From Phaeosaccion multiseriatum (Eukaryota > Protista > Ochrophyta, other classes), in contig OZ218958.1 in assembly GCA_965112735.1 (NCBI GenBank), positions 2,170,001 through 2,234,000 of the forward strand: DNA of 64,000 nucleotides. The letters run 5' to 3'. Position numbers and translations under genes: made by a program. Positions 24,415 to 36,812 of this stretch are shown here, one piece after another (positions within the stretch are counted from its first letter, which is position 1; every line of letters starts with the position of its first letter). Under the pieces are notes generated by a model. The model was not told the DNA's origin and did no database searches. It was given only the letters and a program-made list of their open reading frames with translations.

Positions 24415-24988
24415 TTTATATACATTCATTAACGGCAGCGAGAGGCTTTCTCTCAAACTGTGACCCATAGAACAAAATATAAAAAAGGCATGCGCATATT
24501 TTCACGAGTGAAAAGGCTAACTCTCCTCTCGATATGCAGGTCCTATTTTCTCTTGCTGTTCCGTCTCACAGGGTCTTTCTGCAGTATCGCAAGCCAACAG
24601 CTCGCATGTAGTGACAGGAGAGGTGACCCATGGGGCCACATGCTTGGTACGCACGTCAGGCTGTTGTTGTTCAATACACGTACGCCTGGCACAGCGGGAG
24701 AAGGTTGGCGCAAGTTTGGCACACAACCGGAGGGCTGTTGTTTTCCGGCCTCCAGCAGCACACATCGTAGAAGAACGATGGGGGGGGGGCTACCTGGGGA
24801 TGATGGCCCCTCCCCCTCTGCCGCTCGCTCGCCTCTCCAAACCAAACATCCCGTAGCCGGGATTGGATAGATTCTCACGCTGAAGACAGGCCCCTCTCCC
24901 ACCAGGCAGCCCGTACAATGGGTGCGACGAGGCAGAGTGAGCTCCTACTCCAGCAGCTGCCAATGGAGGGAAAAGATTGGGGTCACGT

Positions 24989-25350
24989 CTACGTCCGTAA
25001 CGGAGGCGAGATGAGGATCACCACATCGCCACGGACAAACAACATCTCCACCGTTCTCTTGCTGGTCCTGACAATCTCTTCGTACGTGTCCTCGTCCACC
25101 TCCACCGTCGTCACCGTCTCCTCCACGTCCCCCAGCACCATGTTCAAGTGCTGGTCGTATGCCTGTGTAGTTGTTGGTGTGGTGTGTGAGCGAGGGTTTG
25201 AAGATCGGGGGTGGGATGGATCGGAGGGCGCAAGCATGACAAACTCACGTGCAACTTCCCGCGCAGCTCCCTGTCGCCTCGGCACTTGACGTGTATTCTC
25301 TCATCGAGGGAGAGCCTTATCAGATCCAGCGGCTCCTCCACGCCAGCCAT
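24989..25350 (-). CDS. LSM3: U6 snRNA-associated Sm-like protein LSm3
   Basis: [29 protein letters not shown]|[15 protein letters not shown]...[17 protein letters not shown]; one intron. Confidence 0.97.
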
Positions 25351-25581
25351 GGCAGCAGCAAAGCAGCCTGTCTGTCGCCAGGGGCGGGCAGATCCTGCTG
25401 ACCACCCCGACGTGGAAACTGAACGATTATTTCCCCAGACGCGCCAAGTGAGGTTATTCAAGTCAGAGAGAGAGAGAAGAAAACGCTGCCGAATAGCCTG
25501 CCAGGGGTCGACATGGGGGCTCGCATGAAGGTCGCAAAGTTGCGTTGATGGTTGGGAGAGGGGATACTACTTTCGTCCCGA

Positions 25582-26403
25582 ATGGCAACGGCATCGTTGC
25601 ACAGGATGGAAGGCGTTGGGCGATACCGTAGCGAGGAGGAGTGGCAGCAGACGTGCCACACCGTTGTCAGCCACCTCCAAGACGCAATGCAGATCAACTT
25701 CCTGGCGCTGGACTTCGACTTGACTGTGCTAGACGTCCACACGAGGGGCAGATGGACAGGCAGCGTGGAGGAGCTCACTGAGCGAATACGCCCCTTCTTC
25801 AGGTAGGTGCACCTTCCTGAGTCTAGTTTCGCCCAGCCGTGCTGAAGTGACAGCAGCAGTGACAGCAGTAGCAGCGGCCCTGCACTCTCAGCGCTTTCAC
25901 GGCCTTAGAAAGAGTCCCCCTCCCCCCTACATGTGATGGATTTGTCGCAGGACGCTCATCCCCATGGCGATGGACCGCGGCATGTGTGTAGCGATTGTGA
26001 CTTTCTCACCCCAAGTGTCGACCATCAAGCAAGTACTGGGATGCGCCTTTCCAGACATTGCAAACAGGATCCCAGTGAGAGGGGAAGATGGCATGTGGGA
26101 GTACGAAGGATCAGGCGCGAGAGCAGGCAAACAGGTACGTTGTGAGGGCGGCTGCGCTCCTCTGCTGCTTAGCGTGGCTCTGACCACGCCTGCTGCCCAT
26201 AATCCCCGCAGACGCACATTGCCTCAGCAGTGGAGGAGCTGACGGATAGATATGCAGTGAGCATTACCCGCAGCAGCACGCTGCTGGTGGACGACGACCT
26301 GAACAACGTGCAAAGTGCGCTATCTTCGGCTGTCAAGGCGGTCTGGTGCAACCCGGATGACGTGGACCGCATGGTCGACGAACTGCAGAGCATGAAACCA
26401 TGA
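25582..26403 (+). CDS. Uncharacterised HAD-superfamily phosphatase-like protein (3 exons)
   Basis: Motif I LDFDLT, motif II IVTFS, motif III GK and motif IV LVDDD..N; TGA at 26401-26403. Confidence 0.75.
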
Positions 26404-26897
26404 AAGACCTCTGGCGGGTGGCTACTGCGCCGTCTCTTACCACTGCCCACAGCCTCTGTGACAAGCACACGTCAAGACGATGCGAGGGAGCCGACCGAGC
26501 GAGCGGGCGAGTAGGCCATTGAAAGATTGACATAGACTCTCTTTCGCTGGGCACACCCTCTCAAGCGTCCCAGAAATTCAGCATTCGCTTGGACGAGACA
26601 AGATTTCGAGCCTCCTCGCTAGACGGAGGCCTCTCTGCAGTATGAGTTCAACGTACATTAGAAGGGAGAGGGGCGATTGCACCTTAGGAGGTCGAGAGTC
26701 ATGCGAGAAAACACAACAGAGGACTATACATTGTACACAACAAAAAAAAAATCACAGTGTACATTGAAGAAAATGGAAGGAAGTGGGCCTCCCCCCCCCC
26801 CCCAACCAGGCCAATTTGCTGCCTTACTGTCCCAAAGTCCTCACCCTCCGTTCGTTGACCTCCTTTTAATTTTTTTTTTTGCTCTCTCTGCGTGAAA

Positions 26898-29800
26898 ATG
26901 TGGGAATACCTTGTGGGTGGAGGCGTCGCTGCAGGATCCCTGCTTCTTGCAGCGCGTGTGTGCTGGGCAAACCGGCGACAGCAGCGGCTTCGAAGTCGAC
27001 GAGGAAGCACGGACAGTGGTGATACGCTACTTGGCGTGGTGAATGAAATGAGGCTCGGAGAGAACAATTGCTACTCTCTCCCGCTGGAGGGGGCCCCGGG
27101 AAACTGCTCGTCCGACATGCAGGTCACAGCAGAGGCTGTATCTGAGAACATTGCGTTTTTCACTTTCCACCGTGAGCGGCAGGAGGCAGGGCAAGACAGG
27201 ACGCCCGCGAGGAACTTGAAGCGGCAGCGAGCGCCAGCGGGACCGAATAGAAGTGTGTGGAAAATTGGACGAACGCGAGGCTACAATTGCCGGCTCATGG
27301 CGCTCTCCCGATTCAAGATTTGGTGGATGAAGCCCGCGCACTTTTGTCGAGAAAGGGACGTCCCCCCCGAGACGGTCATGCTCCTCTGTCGAGTTGACGA
27401 GCAGCCCGGCCTCGCTTCGTACAGTGTATTTATCCCCATGCTTGACGGCACAGCGCGCTGCCACCTTCGCGGGTACAGGCACGGGGGCATTTGGTCGTCG
27501 GCTCCGTCCGACCTGGATGGGCTGGAGCTGGTGGCGGAGACTGGAGATTCCCAGACGCCTCTACCCCAGAGCTGCACAGGCTTGTGCGTCGGCGTCGGGT
27601 CGGACCCTTACTTGCTGCTGCAGCAAGCCTTTGAGAAGGTCAGGGAGCACCACAGTGCCATCAGCAGCAGGGGCGCCTCTCCCCGAAGCCGCAACGGCGG
27701 ACACGCAGCCGAAGGAGAAAGAGGAGGAGGAGGGGGAGGAGGAGGAGATGACCATTACCAACTCTCTGCCCAAAGCAACGGTAGCCCTGGAAAGACCTTA
27801 ACCGAGGGCGGCAAGCAGCCCACCAAAGCCGCCACCGCAGCTGCTGAGGGTGCCAAAGGCCAGGACTACGGCTACGCGGACGGCTTCGGCTGGTGTACGT
27901 GGGACTCGTGCTACACGTCCGTGGACCACGACAAGGTCATAGAAGGGCTGCGTAGCCTCGCCGACGCCGGCTGCAGCCCCAGGTGGGTGGTTCTCGATGA
28001 CGGCTGGCAGAGTGTGGGTAATCCCGAGGCCAATAATGGGGAGCAGTGGCGGGACCGCATGACGGGCTTCGCCTCCAACCACAAGTTCGCGCGCTTGTCT
28101 GACACCGTCGCGGAGGCCAAGGACACGTACAGAGTGAAGCACTTCTTCGTGTGGCATGCGGTGCTCGGCTATTGGCTGGGCGTGGACGCCGACCAACCGG
28201 CCTTTGCCCCACTGCGGGCCCGCTGGGCAGGCATGTACGTGCCCCCGGGCATCGCCAAGTCAGATCCTGACTTTCAGCGCCTGCGCCTTGTCAACAAGTT
28301 CCTCTTAGAGCCTTTCAAGGCCATGCGGAGACGCTTCGGCTTTGGGCTCGTGCCGCCCGAGTACGTAGGACTGTTCTACGACGAGTACCACAGGCAAGAA
28401 AGAGGTCCCTCAGGCCAAGATACGAGGGGAAGGATGATGCAGTCGATAGCAGCAATCACCCACCTACCCACTTACCTCTCATATTCTCCAATCCATTTTT
28501 CTCCTTCCAGCTACCTCAAATCCCAGGGAGTGGACGGGCTGAAGGTCGACACACAGGTATCTAACCCAACCCAGTCAGTCCAGCCTATACCCCATGGGGA
28601 AGGACGACCAAGAAACGCTCGTTCTGCCCGCTGCTCTTTCCTGCCCTCTCCTGCTAACAAGCCAAGCGCGATGTGGTTTGGCTTCTCCCCTTCCCCTTTG
28701 TCGTGGTCAGGCCATGCTGGGTACCCTGGGCTCTGGAAACGGCGGGAGCGTGCACGTCACCTCCGTAGCACAGGCTGCGCTGCGGTCGAGCGTCGAGCGC
28801 CACTTCACAGGCGGGCAGAACATCATGCACTGCATGTGCCACGATAACCAAATCCTGCTGCCAATGGCGGGGCTGTACCACCGGCAGCAGCAGCAGAAGG
28901 AGGAGGGGGGAGGGGAGGGGGAAGGTGGCAGAGGCCCCCCCGGTCCCTTTGTTCGGGGAAGTGACGACTTCTACCCTAAGGACAAGGCTGCACACGGCCC
29001 CCACTTGTACGCCAACGCCTTCAACGCGCTTTACATTGTGGGCTGCGGCCTCTCTCAGTGCTGGGATATGTTCCAGACGTCGCTCGGCAAGGAGAGCATG
29101 ATGCACGCCGCCGCACGAGCCGTCAGTGGTGCGTACGTGCGCGACCCTCCTTCCCTCCCTCCCTCCCTCCCTCCCTCTTTTCGCACAAAAGGAGACCCTG
29201 GCCTGAGCCTAAACCCCTTTTCCCTCCCCGCATGTCGCGCTATGCATGCATGTGAATCCAAACCAAACCGCAGGAGGGCCAATCTACGTGAGCGACAAGC
29301 CCGGCTCTTCCAACATGGCCGTGCTCAAGAAGCTCGTGCTGGAGGACGGAAGTGTGCCCCGGCCTATGCAAAACGCCATGCCCACCGTGGCTTCGCTGTT
29401 CAACGACCCGCAGCACAACGCCGAGGAGCCCTGCCTCTTTCTGTGGAACCGCAATGCTGCCTCGCCGGGTGAGAGGGAGGAGGAGCAGCAGCAGCAGGAG
29501 GAGGAGGAGGAGGAGGAGGAGGAGGAGGAGGAGGAGGAGAACGAGGAGGAGAACGAGGAGAACGAGGATGGGAAGGAGGAGGAAGGGGAAGAGAAGGGGG
29601 AGAAAGGACAAGAAACAGCCCCATCTACTGTCAGCAAGAGAAGCATGCTCAAGTGTCCCTCCCCTCCCTCCCTCCCCTGCCCTCCCCTCCCATGCTATGC
29701 TTGCGCTGTGGGAACAAACGAGCGCAGGGCACGGAATCCTCGCGGTGTTCAACATCTACGGCAGCTCCTGGGACCAAAAGACGCGGGCCTATGAGTTCGT

Positions 29801-30455
29801 CAAGGGCTCGGCGCCACGGAAGGGGGTGACAGCGTGTCCTACCCTGTCGGCCAGGGACTGCTACTCGCTGGCCACGTCTCACTCAGAGGGTAACATGTAC
29901 GTCACCTACTTGCATCGCCAAGAGCACTTCGTGGCGGGGGGGCTGGATCACAGGGTGGAGCTACGGCCGCTGGGATGCATGGACTTTGAAGTGGCAATGG
30001 TGGTGCGGCTACGACTCTTGAGGGGGCAGCAGCAGGCGGAGCTGTCGGACAGCGACAATGGCAAGCACACGCAAGTCAGCGTTGCCGTCATTGGCTTGCC
30101 TCACCTGTACAACTCGGGCGGAGTCATTCAAGAGGAGGAGGTGCTGCAGGCCAGCGGCAAGAGGCTGCCTGACGGTGCCGCGGAAGGTGAAGGCTCGGCA
30201 CTCCGCGTAAGAGCGCGAGGAAGCGGAGTACTGCTTCTCGTGTGCTCTGCGCCCCCTCAGCGCGTGACGCTCGACGGACAGGAGGCAGTCTTCACCTTCA
30301 CCCGCCAGAGTCCGAGCCATAGCCCTGCGGCTCCTTCTTCGGCCCCTTCCAGCACGTCCCCTCCTCCCGGGGGGCATGCAGCGGGGAAGCTGCAGCTGGG
30401 GCGGCTCACAACGACTGTGGATGGCGGGGGGGGTGACCTAATCTTTGCATGGTGA
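26898..30455 (+). CDS. Raffinose synthase / seed-imbibition (Sip) family, GH36 alkaline alpha-galactosidase-like
   Basis: RFKIWW, FGWCTWD, LDDGWQ, WHAVLGYWLG, DGLKVD, CMCH, RGSDDFYP, WDMFQT, HAAARAVSGGPIYVSDKPG and AVFN occur across exons. A (GAG)n tract lies in an intron at about 29470-29727. Confidence 0.92.
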
Positions 30456-30689
30456 AGGAAATGTTCACACTTTGTATTCCTGACTGATGTAAATATGATG
30501 GACCCAACTCTGTACACACAACTCGATTGGAGCAAGCGCTCTTTCCGGAGCAGGAGCAGAGCAGGCTGTCGCTCTGTAAGCCAAGCTTCGCTTCTTGTGG
30601 CCAGTCTCATTGAAGTCCCTTTCTGCTCTCTGGCGTGTGTGTCTCCTTGGCCCTCTTCCCCCGCTTGGCACGACACGGCCACACACGGC

Positions 30690-33600
30690 TCATGCCCCCC
30701 CCCCTCTCTCGGCCTCAGCACCGCCCTCTTCCTCTTGGCCCATGTACAAGGCGCTGAGCATGAAGGCGACGCAATCGCGGTTGGACAAGTAGGAAGTGTG
30801 GCTGTACAGCGCACTGAGGTAAGGGTTGACAACGTCCGTGGTGCTCTCTTGGATCACGTAGTCAACTCTTCCGAAGCCATTGATGGCGAGACCCTTTTTC
30901 CCAGGGGCGGGCGAGGGGGGCTGCTGCTCGCCGCCTCCCTCCTCCTCCTCCTCCTCCTCCTCCTCCTCCTCCTCCTCCTCCTCCTCCTCCTCTACGCTGC
31001 TGCTGCCCGTTTCTGCGCGGGCGGCTCTGGCGAACCCGAAGCGCCCTCCGCTCCAAGTCATGCCCTTGAGGGCGGACTGGATGCCCATAACCTTCTCGAG
31101 GACCCCGTCTTGAAACTGTTTAAGGTGGACGTGGATGCGCTTGCCCCCCCCGCATAGAGGGAGGATGTGAGATTTGATGTTGGCGAAGGAGGGATCGAAG
31201 AAAGGCTCGAGTCGATAGGCCACAGGGTCTGATGCGTGGAAGATGTTGTAGAACTGAGACGAGGATGAGGCAAGAGAGCGACACACAGTCAGAGGAGAGG
31301 ACGAGAAGGAGGCAACAGAGCAAAACACAAACACACACACACACACACACACACAGAGAAATAAGAGAAGGGCGCGAAGGCCGTAGAGCTTCCGCCAAAT
31401 AGACAGAGGGGTCTCGTACGTGTCCCGACAGACGCGGGGTGGGAGGGGTGGAAGGTGAGGAGGTGGGGTGGTGGAGTGACACACCAAGCACATACACTCA
31501 TACGTACGCACCTGTGGGCAGGAAGGAAACTTGAACGTGCTCGGCAGGACCTCTCCTCGAATGGTGAGGAAGCAGCCCAGCGGGGACCCGAAGGCGAAAA
31601 AGGCAGAGGGCTGAAAAGTCAGGGCGTAGTCTTGGCCTTGCGCGTTGTGTTGCTCCGACTGCTGTATGGGGTGCGGGTTCTCCTCTTCTCCTCTCCGTCC
31701 TCGCCGCAGCTCTTGCTGTGGCGGTTGCTGACATTTCATGATGTCGAAGAGAATGACGCTGCCCAGAGAATGCCCCACAAGAGCGATCGTGCCCTGTTCA
31801 AGGCAGTGATTCGTGAGACACGTGTCAGTCGTCAGTATGGCCATCGCCCCTCCTCACCGCGACAGGAGCACAGGAGCAACGCAAAGCGATAAGGAACAGT
31901 GCAATCCTGCCTCCTCCCCACGAAACCACACTCTCTCTCCTTCCCTTCGTGTGTCCCTTCTCACGCTGCACTGCTCCTTTAACTTGCCTTGAAGTCGGGA
32001 TTGTAGTGGCGGAAGAGCGCCTCCACACGGTTCAACCTGTCCACCACACAGCGCAGAATGGCGCGTTTGTGGTGTTCCGTCAGATACATCTGTGGGATGG
32101 AGTGGGGCGGCAGGAGGGCAGGAGTGAGAGAGCAGAGCTCGGCATGCATCATCCTCGACTCTTTCCGCAGAGACAGAGAGATACGTCTCACGGACAGTGT
32201 TTGACGGTTTCGTTTCTCTTCTCACCATGGCGTCCAACAGCACGTTGTTGGTGAGGTCCCTCAGCATCTTCACTCCCGGCAATGTAATGCGCGATATCTG
32301 CGCGGGGAAGTCCGTCTGGTCCTCCTTCGGGGCATGGATGGCATCGAACCACTGCATACGTACAGGGTATGGGCAGGGCAGCGTGAGACAGGCAGATGGA
32401 CAGGGCAGGGGAAGACAGGGCAGGGGAGGGCAAGGCAGATCGGGGGAGAGAGCCGGAGAGGAGGTCAGGGGGCGGCGTGGGGCAGCAGCCCACCTCAACC
32501 CCCGTCATAGGGCACTCACTTCGATCGGCAGAATCTCCAGTCGCCCCTCCCTCTCCTGCTGCTGCCCCTCCTCCTCTGGAGGCGATGCCGCTCCCGCTGC
32601 CTCCTGTCTTTCGTCCACCCCTTGCCCTTCATCCGCTGGGGTGGGGGTGACGGCTCTCTCCCTGTCCTTGTTGCTCTCCCTGAGTTGCAAGTCCACACTG
32701 ATCTGCCGCATTGCAGCCGCGCCGCTCCTCAACGAGCCCGCCCCCTGAGACCAGTGCTTCTCCCCGATCCCGTGCACTATGAGTATCAAATGATCCACTG
32801 GGACATCTGGGTGTGTGTGCGGGGGGAGGGAGGGGGGGAAGAAAAGAAGGGTAGGGTTGGGTGGGGGAATCGATGGGTGGGAGCACTACTCAAAGCCCTA
32901 ACCTGACTCCTCCGCACTGATCTCTGCATCGGATATGTCGTATCCCCTCTTTGCGATGGACCACGAGCCTAGCGTGAGCAGGGCATGGCCAGTCTTCTTC
33001 TGATAGACTGACCAAGTCACTGTCCTGTACGGGGCGTCATCGGAGACCGGCGCTTCCGCCTCCTTGCCGTCACTACTACTACTGCCGCTCCTGCCCCCGC
33101 TCGTCCTCTGCATAACGATTTGGGTAGCAGGCTGCTCGGGCTTGACGCGAAGAGGAAGATCGATGTGTCCTGAGTCCTTCAAAAGGGTGGGCGCCAATTT
33201 GTGGAGCTCCTGCCAAGAGGCGAGGGCAGTGGGCGAGTCGTCGAGTGGTGAGGTAAGCTGAGGGGGAAAGAGAGGGTTACTCTAGGCCAGGCCCAGCGTA
33301 CCTCAATTTGCTGCGCATCATCCTCTTCAAAGGGCCTCCACCTGTCCCCCACGCGGAGGAACCAGGTGCCCCTTCTCACGCGACGATGGCGATTGGGCTG
33401 CTCGGCTGTTGGGAAGAAGAAAAAGGTGTAGTGAGATGAGGACTCCAAGCCTACACTTGATGGTGGGTGTGGAGGGAATGAGAGAACGTACTATCATTTT
33501 CCTCCCAATAGATTGGCCGGAGGCTTCTGGCCGCCAAGTCGATGATGTAGCGATTCCCATACACAAGCACTTCTGCAGCGTTCCTGTCCACCGCAGCTTG

Positions 33601-34252
33601 TACTCTGACCGAGTCAGCCTACCACCCCAAGCACACAGCGCAAGGAGTGGAGAGAGAAAGAGAAGATGAGAGGAGGCAGAGAGAAGATTATTAAAACAAA
33701 AGCGGCCCCCTACCCTCTCTCCTCACCATCACCCCTCCTTCTAACATCCCTTCCAGCCTCCTCCTCTCCTCACTCAATCCTCGCTCTCTTCGTGCGTCTT
33801 TCCACCATCTTTTGCAGGTACTCATGGATCGGAAAGCGGCGGATGGAATAGGGACCGAGACAGCCTCTGTTGCCTGCCTATTGTCCTGATTTCTCGTGCT
33901 CTTTGAACCCTGGCATCCCCGCTCCTCCCTCTAGCCCTCCACTGCCACCTCTCCTATCCTAGTTCCCTCTCTCTCTCCCTATTCTCCACCACTACAAACA
34001 CTCTTCACTCCTTCCCCTCCAACCCACTACTCCCCCTACGGTACCAGCTAGACTTTAAAGGGCGTTCTTTCTCTTCTTCTCTCAAATAATAACATAATAA
34101 CTAATAACAAAATGGAGTTTACCTCTTACCCGCCAAAGAGGAACCCACTCCCCCTTACACTCCGCGTCCTCGACCATCCATGTGGGCGCAACATTCTCTA
34201 GCGTATCAGCCTCCGAATACTCTTGATTGAGATCGCTGTGCACTGTAATCAT
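30690..34252 (-). CDS. DDHD-domain phospholipase A1 (PA-PLA1/SEC23IP-like)
   Basis: WVPLWR|ADS..RYIIDL..RPIYW, VRRGTWF, DHLILIVHGIG, GHSLGS lipase motif, FYNIFHASDPVAYRLEP, RVDYVIQ and SHTSY. The start is tentative. Confidence 0.88.
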
Positions 34253-34431
34253 CGATCCCCTTTTTTTCTTCGGTGTATCTTCGTTTTTGTACGTATAGAA
34301 GTTGGTGCGTGGCCGTCGCCATTTGAGCTTTCGTCCTTCTCCCCTCTTCAACTCTTGCCGTGCCTTGCCAGCCAACCCGAAGCGTTGCTGGCTGCTGACG
34401 ATGCAACTGCTGCTTCAGTCGCGGCGGCCTC

Positions 34432-35923
34432 ATGCTACCAGAAAACGGCGAGCCACAGCCTGAAGCAATGCCGAAGGACGATGGAGAGGTGGAGGCGGTA
34501 GGCTTGCGATTATTGCTCGCTGCGGAGCGCCACCAGAGGGTGGTGCTGGAGGCGAAACTGGAAGAGGCGCAGAGGCTTTTGCAGGAGCAGACGAGGGGAG
34601 AGCAGCAGACGAGGGAGGAGGAACAGGAGCACCAACCCAGTTTCGTTGCTCGGCCATGGCGCAAAATACTGTACAAGAAGCAGCCCTATAGAGACAATCA
34701 CGTGCCGGAGACCTTCTTAGAAGAGGTGTGTACTCGCGCTTGCCAGAATTTTTGGGAGACTTGATAATCACGAAAGGTGATGATGAACAACCCCATCACC
34801 CGCCCCCCCTGCCCTCCTGAATCAGCTGGTGACGAATGCCCAGCAGCGCAAGCCTGAGCTTGGGGCGTACATGACGAGCACGGCAGCCATTACGCAGCAG
34901 ATGAGCGCAGTGGCCGTTTTCCTCGTCGTGTTCATGTACCTCGGAGACGACCAGCTACCCGCAGGTGAGAGAGAGAGAGAGAGGGGAGCAGGCCTCCCTC
35001 TCTAAATTGCCCTTTGGTGGAATATATACTTTGGCCTCACACTCTGAAGCCCAAGACCGACGACCGAAGCCGCTGCTGCTGCTCAGGTGCACTCGTGGCG
35101 GCGGACATTACGCTGTTGGTGGGCGGATATGTCCTGCTTGCCGTGACCCCAGGCGGGGGCATGGGCAGGCAACAAGTGTTTGAGACGGGCGAGCTTTCAG
35201 GTAGGTGGCAAGCAAGCAAGGCAGAGCAAGCACGGCACGAGGCCGCCCGAGCCATGTTGGGCCCAAGACACACACGAACACACACCCTCCTTGGTAACGA
35301 ATATTCGTGCGGCCGTGTCGACAGGAGGGCTCGCGTCAGCCCTGTCTGCTGCTGCCAGTGCCTCTGGTGGTTCGTGTGGTGGCATGACTGCCGTGTCCTT
35401 GGGCCGCTGCTTGGTGGAGACCGTGGCGTCGTTCTTCCTATTCCTGGCCCTCTTGCGTATCATGGCGCCTGTCCTGCGCACCCTTACTGTGTCGTATAGC
35501 GACGACTCCATCTACGCCCTCGTCATTACACTCTGCGCCACTCATGTGGCCTTCCACGACTACTCTTACGCCAACGCCAAGACAACGCACTTCCAGGTAA
35601 GGTACAGACCGCGTGTGGAGGAAAGAGGGCAATCGGTAGATCAGTCCATCCGTCGGTCACTCGGTCGGCAGGTCGGTCGGCGTCTTCTTCGAACGCCCAA
35701 CACGCTCCCTCCCCCCCCCCGCCCATGCTCCCTCTGGTTGTGTAACTCTGTGTGTGCGTGTGACAGGGCACGGTGAGCCTGAACGCGGCCATGTTCGCCA
35801 CTGTGCTGCTCGCCTCCCGCCTCAAGACCAACGAGAGCGTTTTCTCCCTCGTGTTGCTTGCTGTCGAGCTCTTCGCCTTCCTCCCAATGGCCAGGTAGGT
35901 TGAGGGAGGGGGATGCACACTGT

Positions 35924-35958
<35 letters not shown>

Positions 35959-36461
35959 TGCACGCTGTGTGGCGAAGAAGAAGGTTGAGGGTCGGCTTGC
36001 TCTCTTACGCTCTCTTGTCCGTACCTACCTGCACACGCCTCTCGGCCTCTGCCAGGCACCCCGTTCAGCGCACCAACCCAATCCCAATCCTTCTCATACA
36101 CACCAACAGGCACCCCATCCGGCGGCACTCGCTTCTCACACACCTCTCCGTCACCTTCGTCGGGGTCGTTGCTGCGAGCGCGCTGCTTGCTCTCAGGGAC
36201 AGGTGAGGAACACAAGACAGACAGAGACAAGCCTGGAGCCAACGTGGTGCCTCACCACACGGCGTTGCCTCATTGCTGATGATCCCATTCCTCCCCTCCG
36301 TGTGCGTGCGATGGCATGGCAGGACTCTCCTGTTCGCGTACCTGGGCTCTGTCCTGTTCGTGAGCTTGGTGTGTCCCCTGTGGCTCGTCAGCATCGAGAA
36401 TTACAAGTTCCACATACAGGGCCCGTGGGACATTGCGTCGGCCTCGCCTGCTGCATTTTGA
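34432..36461 (+). CDS. PIGC: GPI-GlcNAc transferase subunit PIG-C/GPI2
   Basis: WRKILYKKQPYRDNHV..TFLEEL, PVLRTLTVSYSDDSIYAL, SLNAAMFATVLLASRL and K..IQGPWD.A; multi-exon. Confidence 0.92.
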
Positions 36462-36724
36462 GCGGGGAGGGAGGGGAGTGGGGAATGCCTCGCCTGCTGC
36501 ATTCTAGAGTAGGCTGGAGGGGAGTGGGGCATGAATGGCTCAAAAGCACTGCGATAGAGGGGTGTGTTGCTATAAAGTGGTGCAATACGAGTACAGGCAT
36601 TTTCCGCTTGTGCGCGAAAAAGAGAAGCGAGTTGGGGAGAGGCCTCATCCCTTTGGGGATGCTTCCTCCCCCCTCCCTGCTCGACGCTCATCCCTCACCT
36701 TTCCGTTTCCTAATCATTGTCGTG

Positions 36725-36800
36725 TACTTACTGAAGGTAGAAATAAAATATATATTGTAGTGTACTTACTGAAGGTAATAGTGTTTACTTACTGAAGGTA
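36725..36800. repeat. Three copies of TACTTACTGAAGGTA between convergent genes
   Basis: Exact copies at 36725-36739, 36763-36777 and 36786-36800. Confidence 0.9.
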
Positions 36801-36812
36801 GCAGGGAGTCCC

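Noticed and set aside
29470-29727. Poly-Glu insertion in raffinose synthase
   Set aside because: It is removed by a GT-AG intron that restores the frame to GHGILAVFN.
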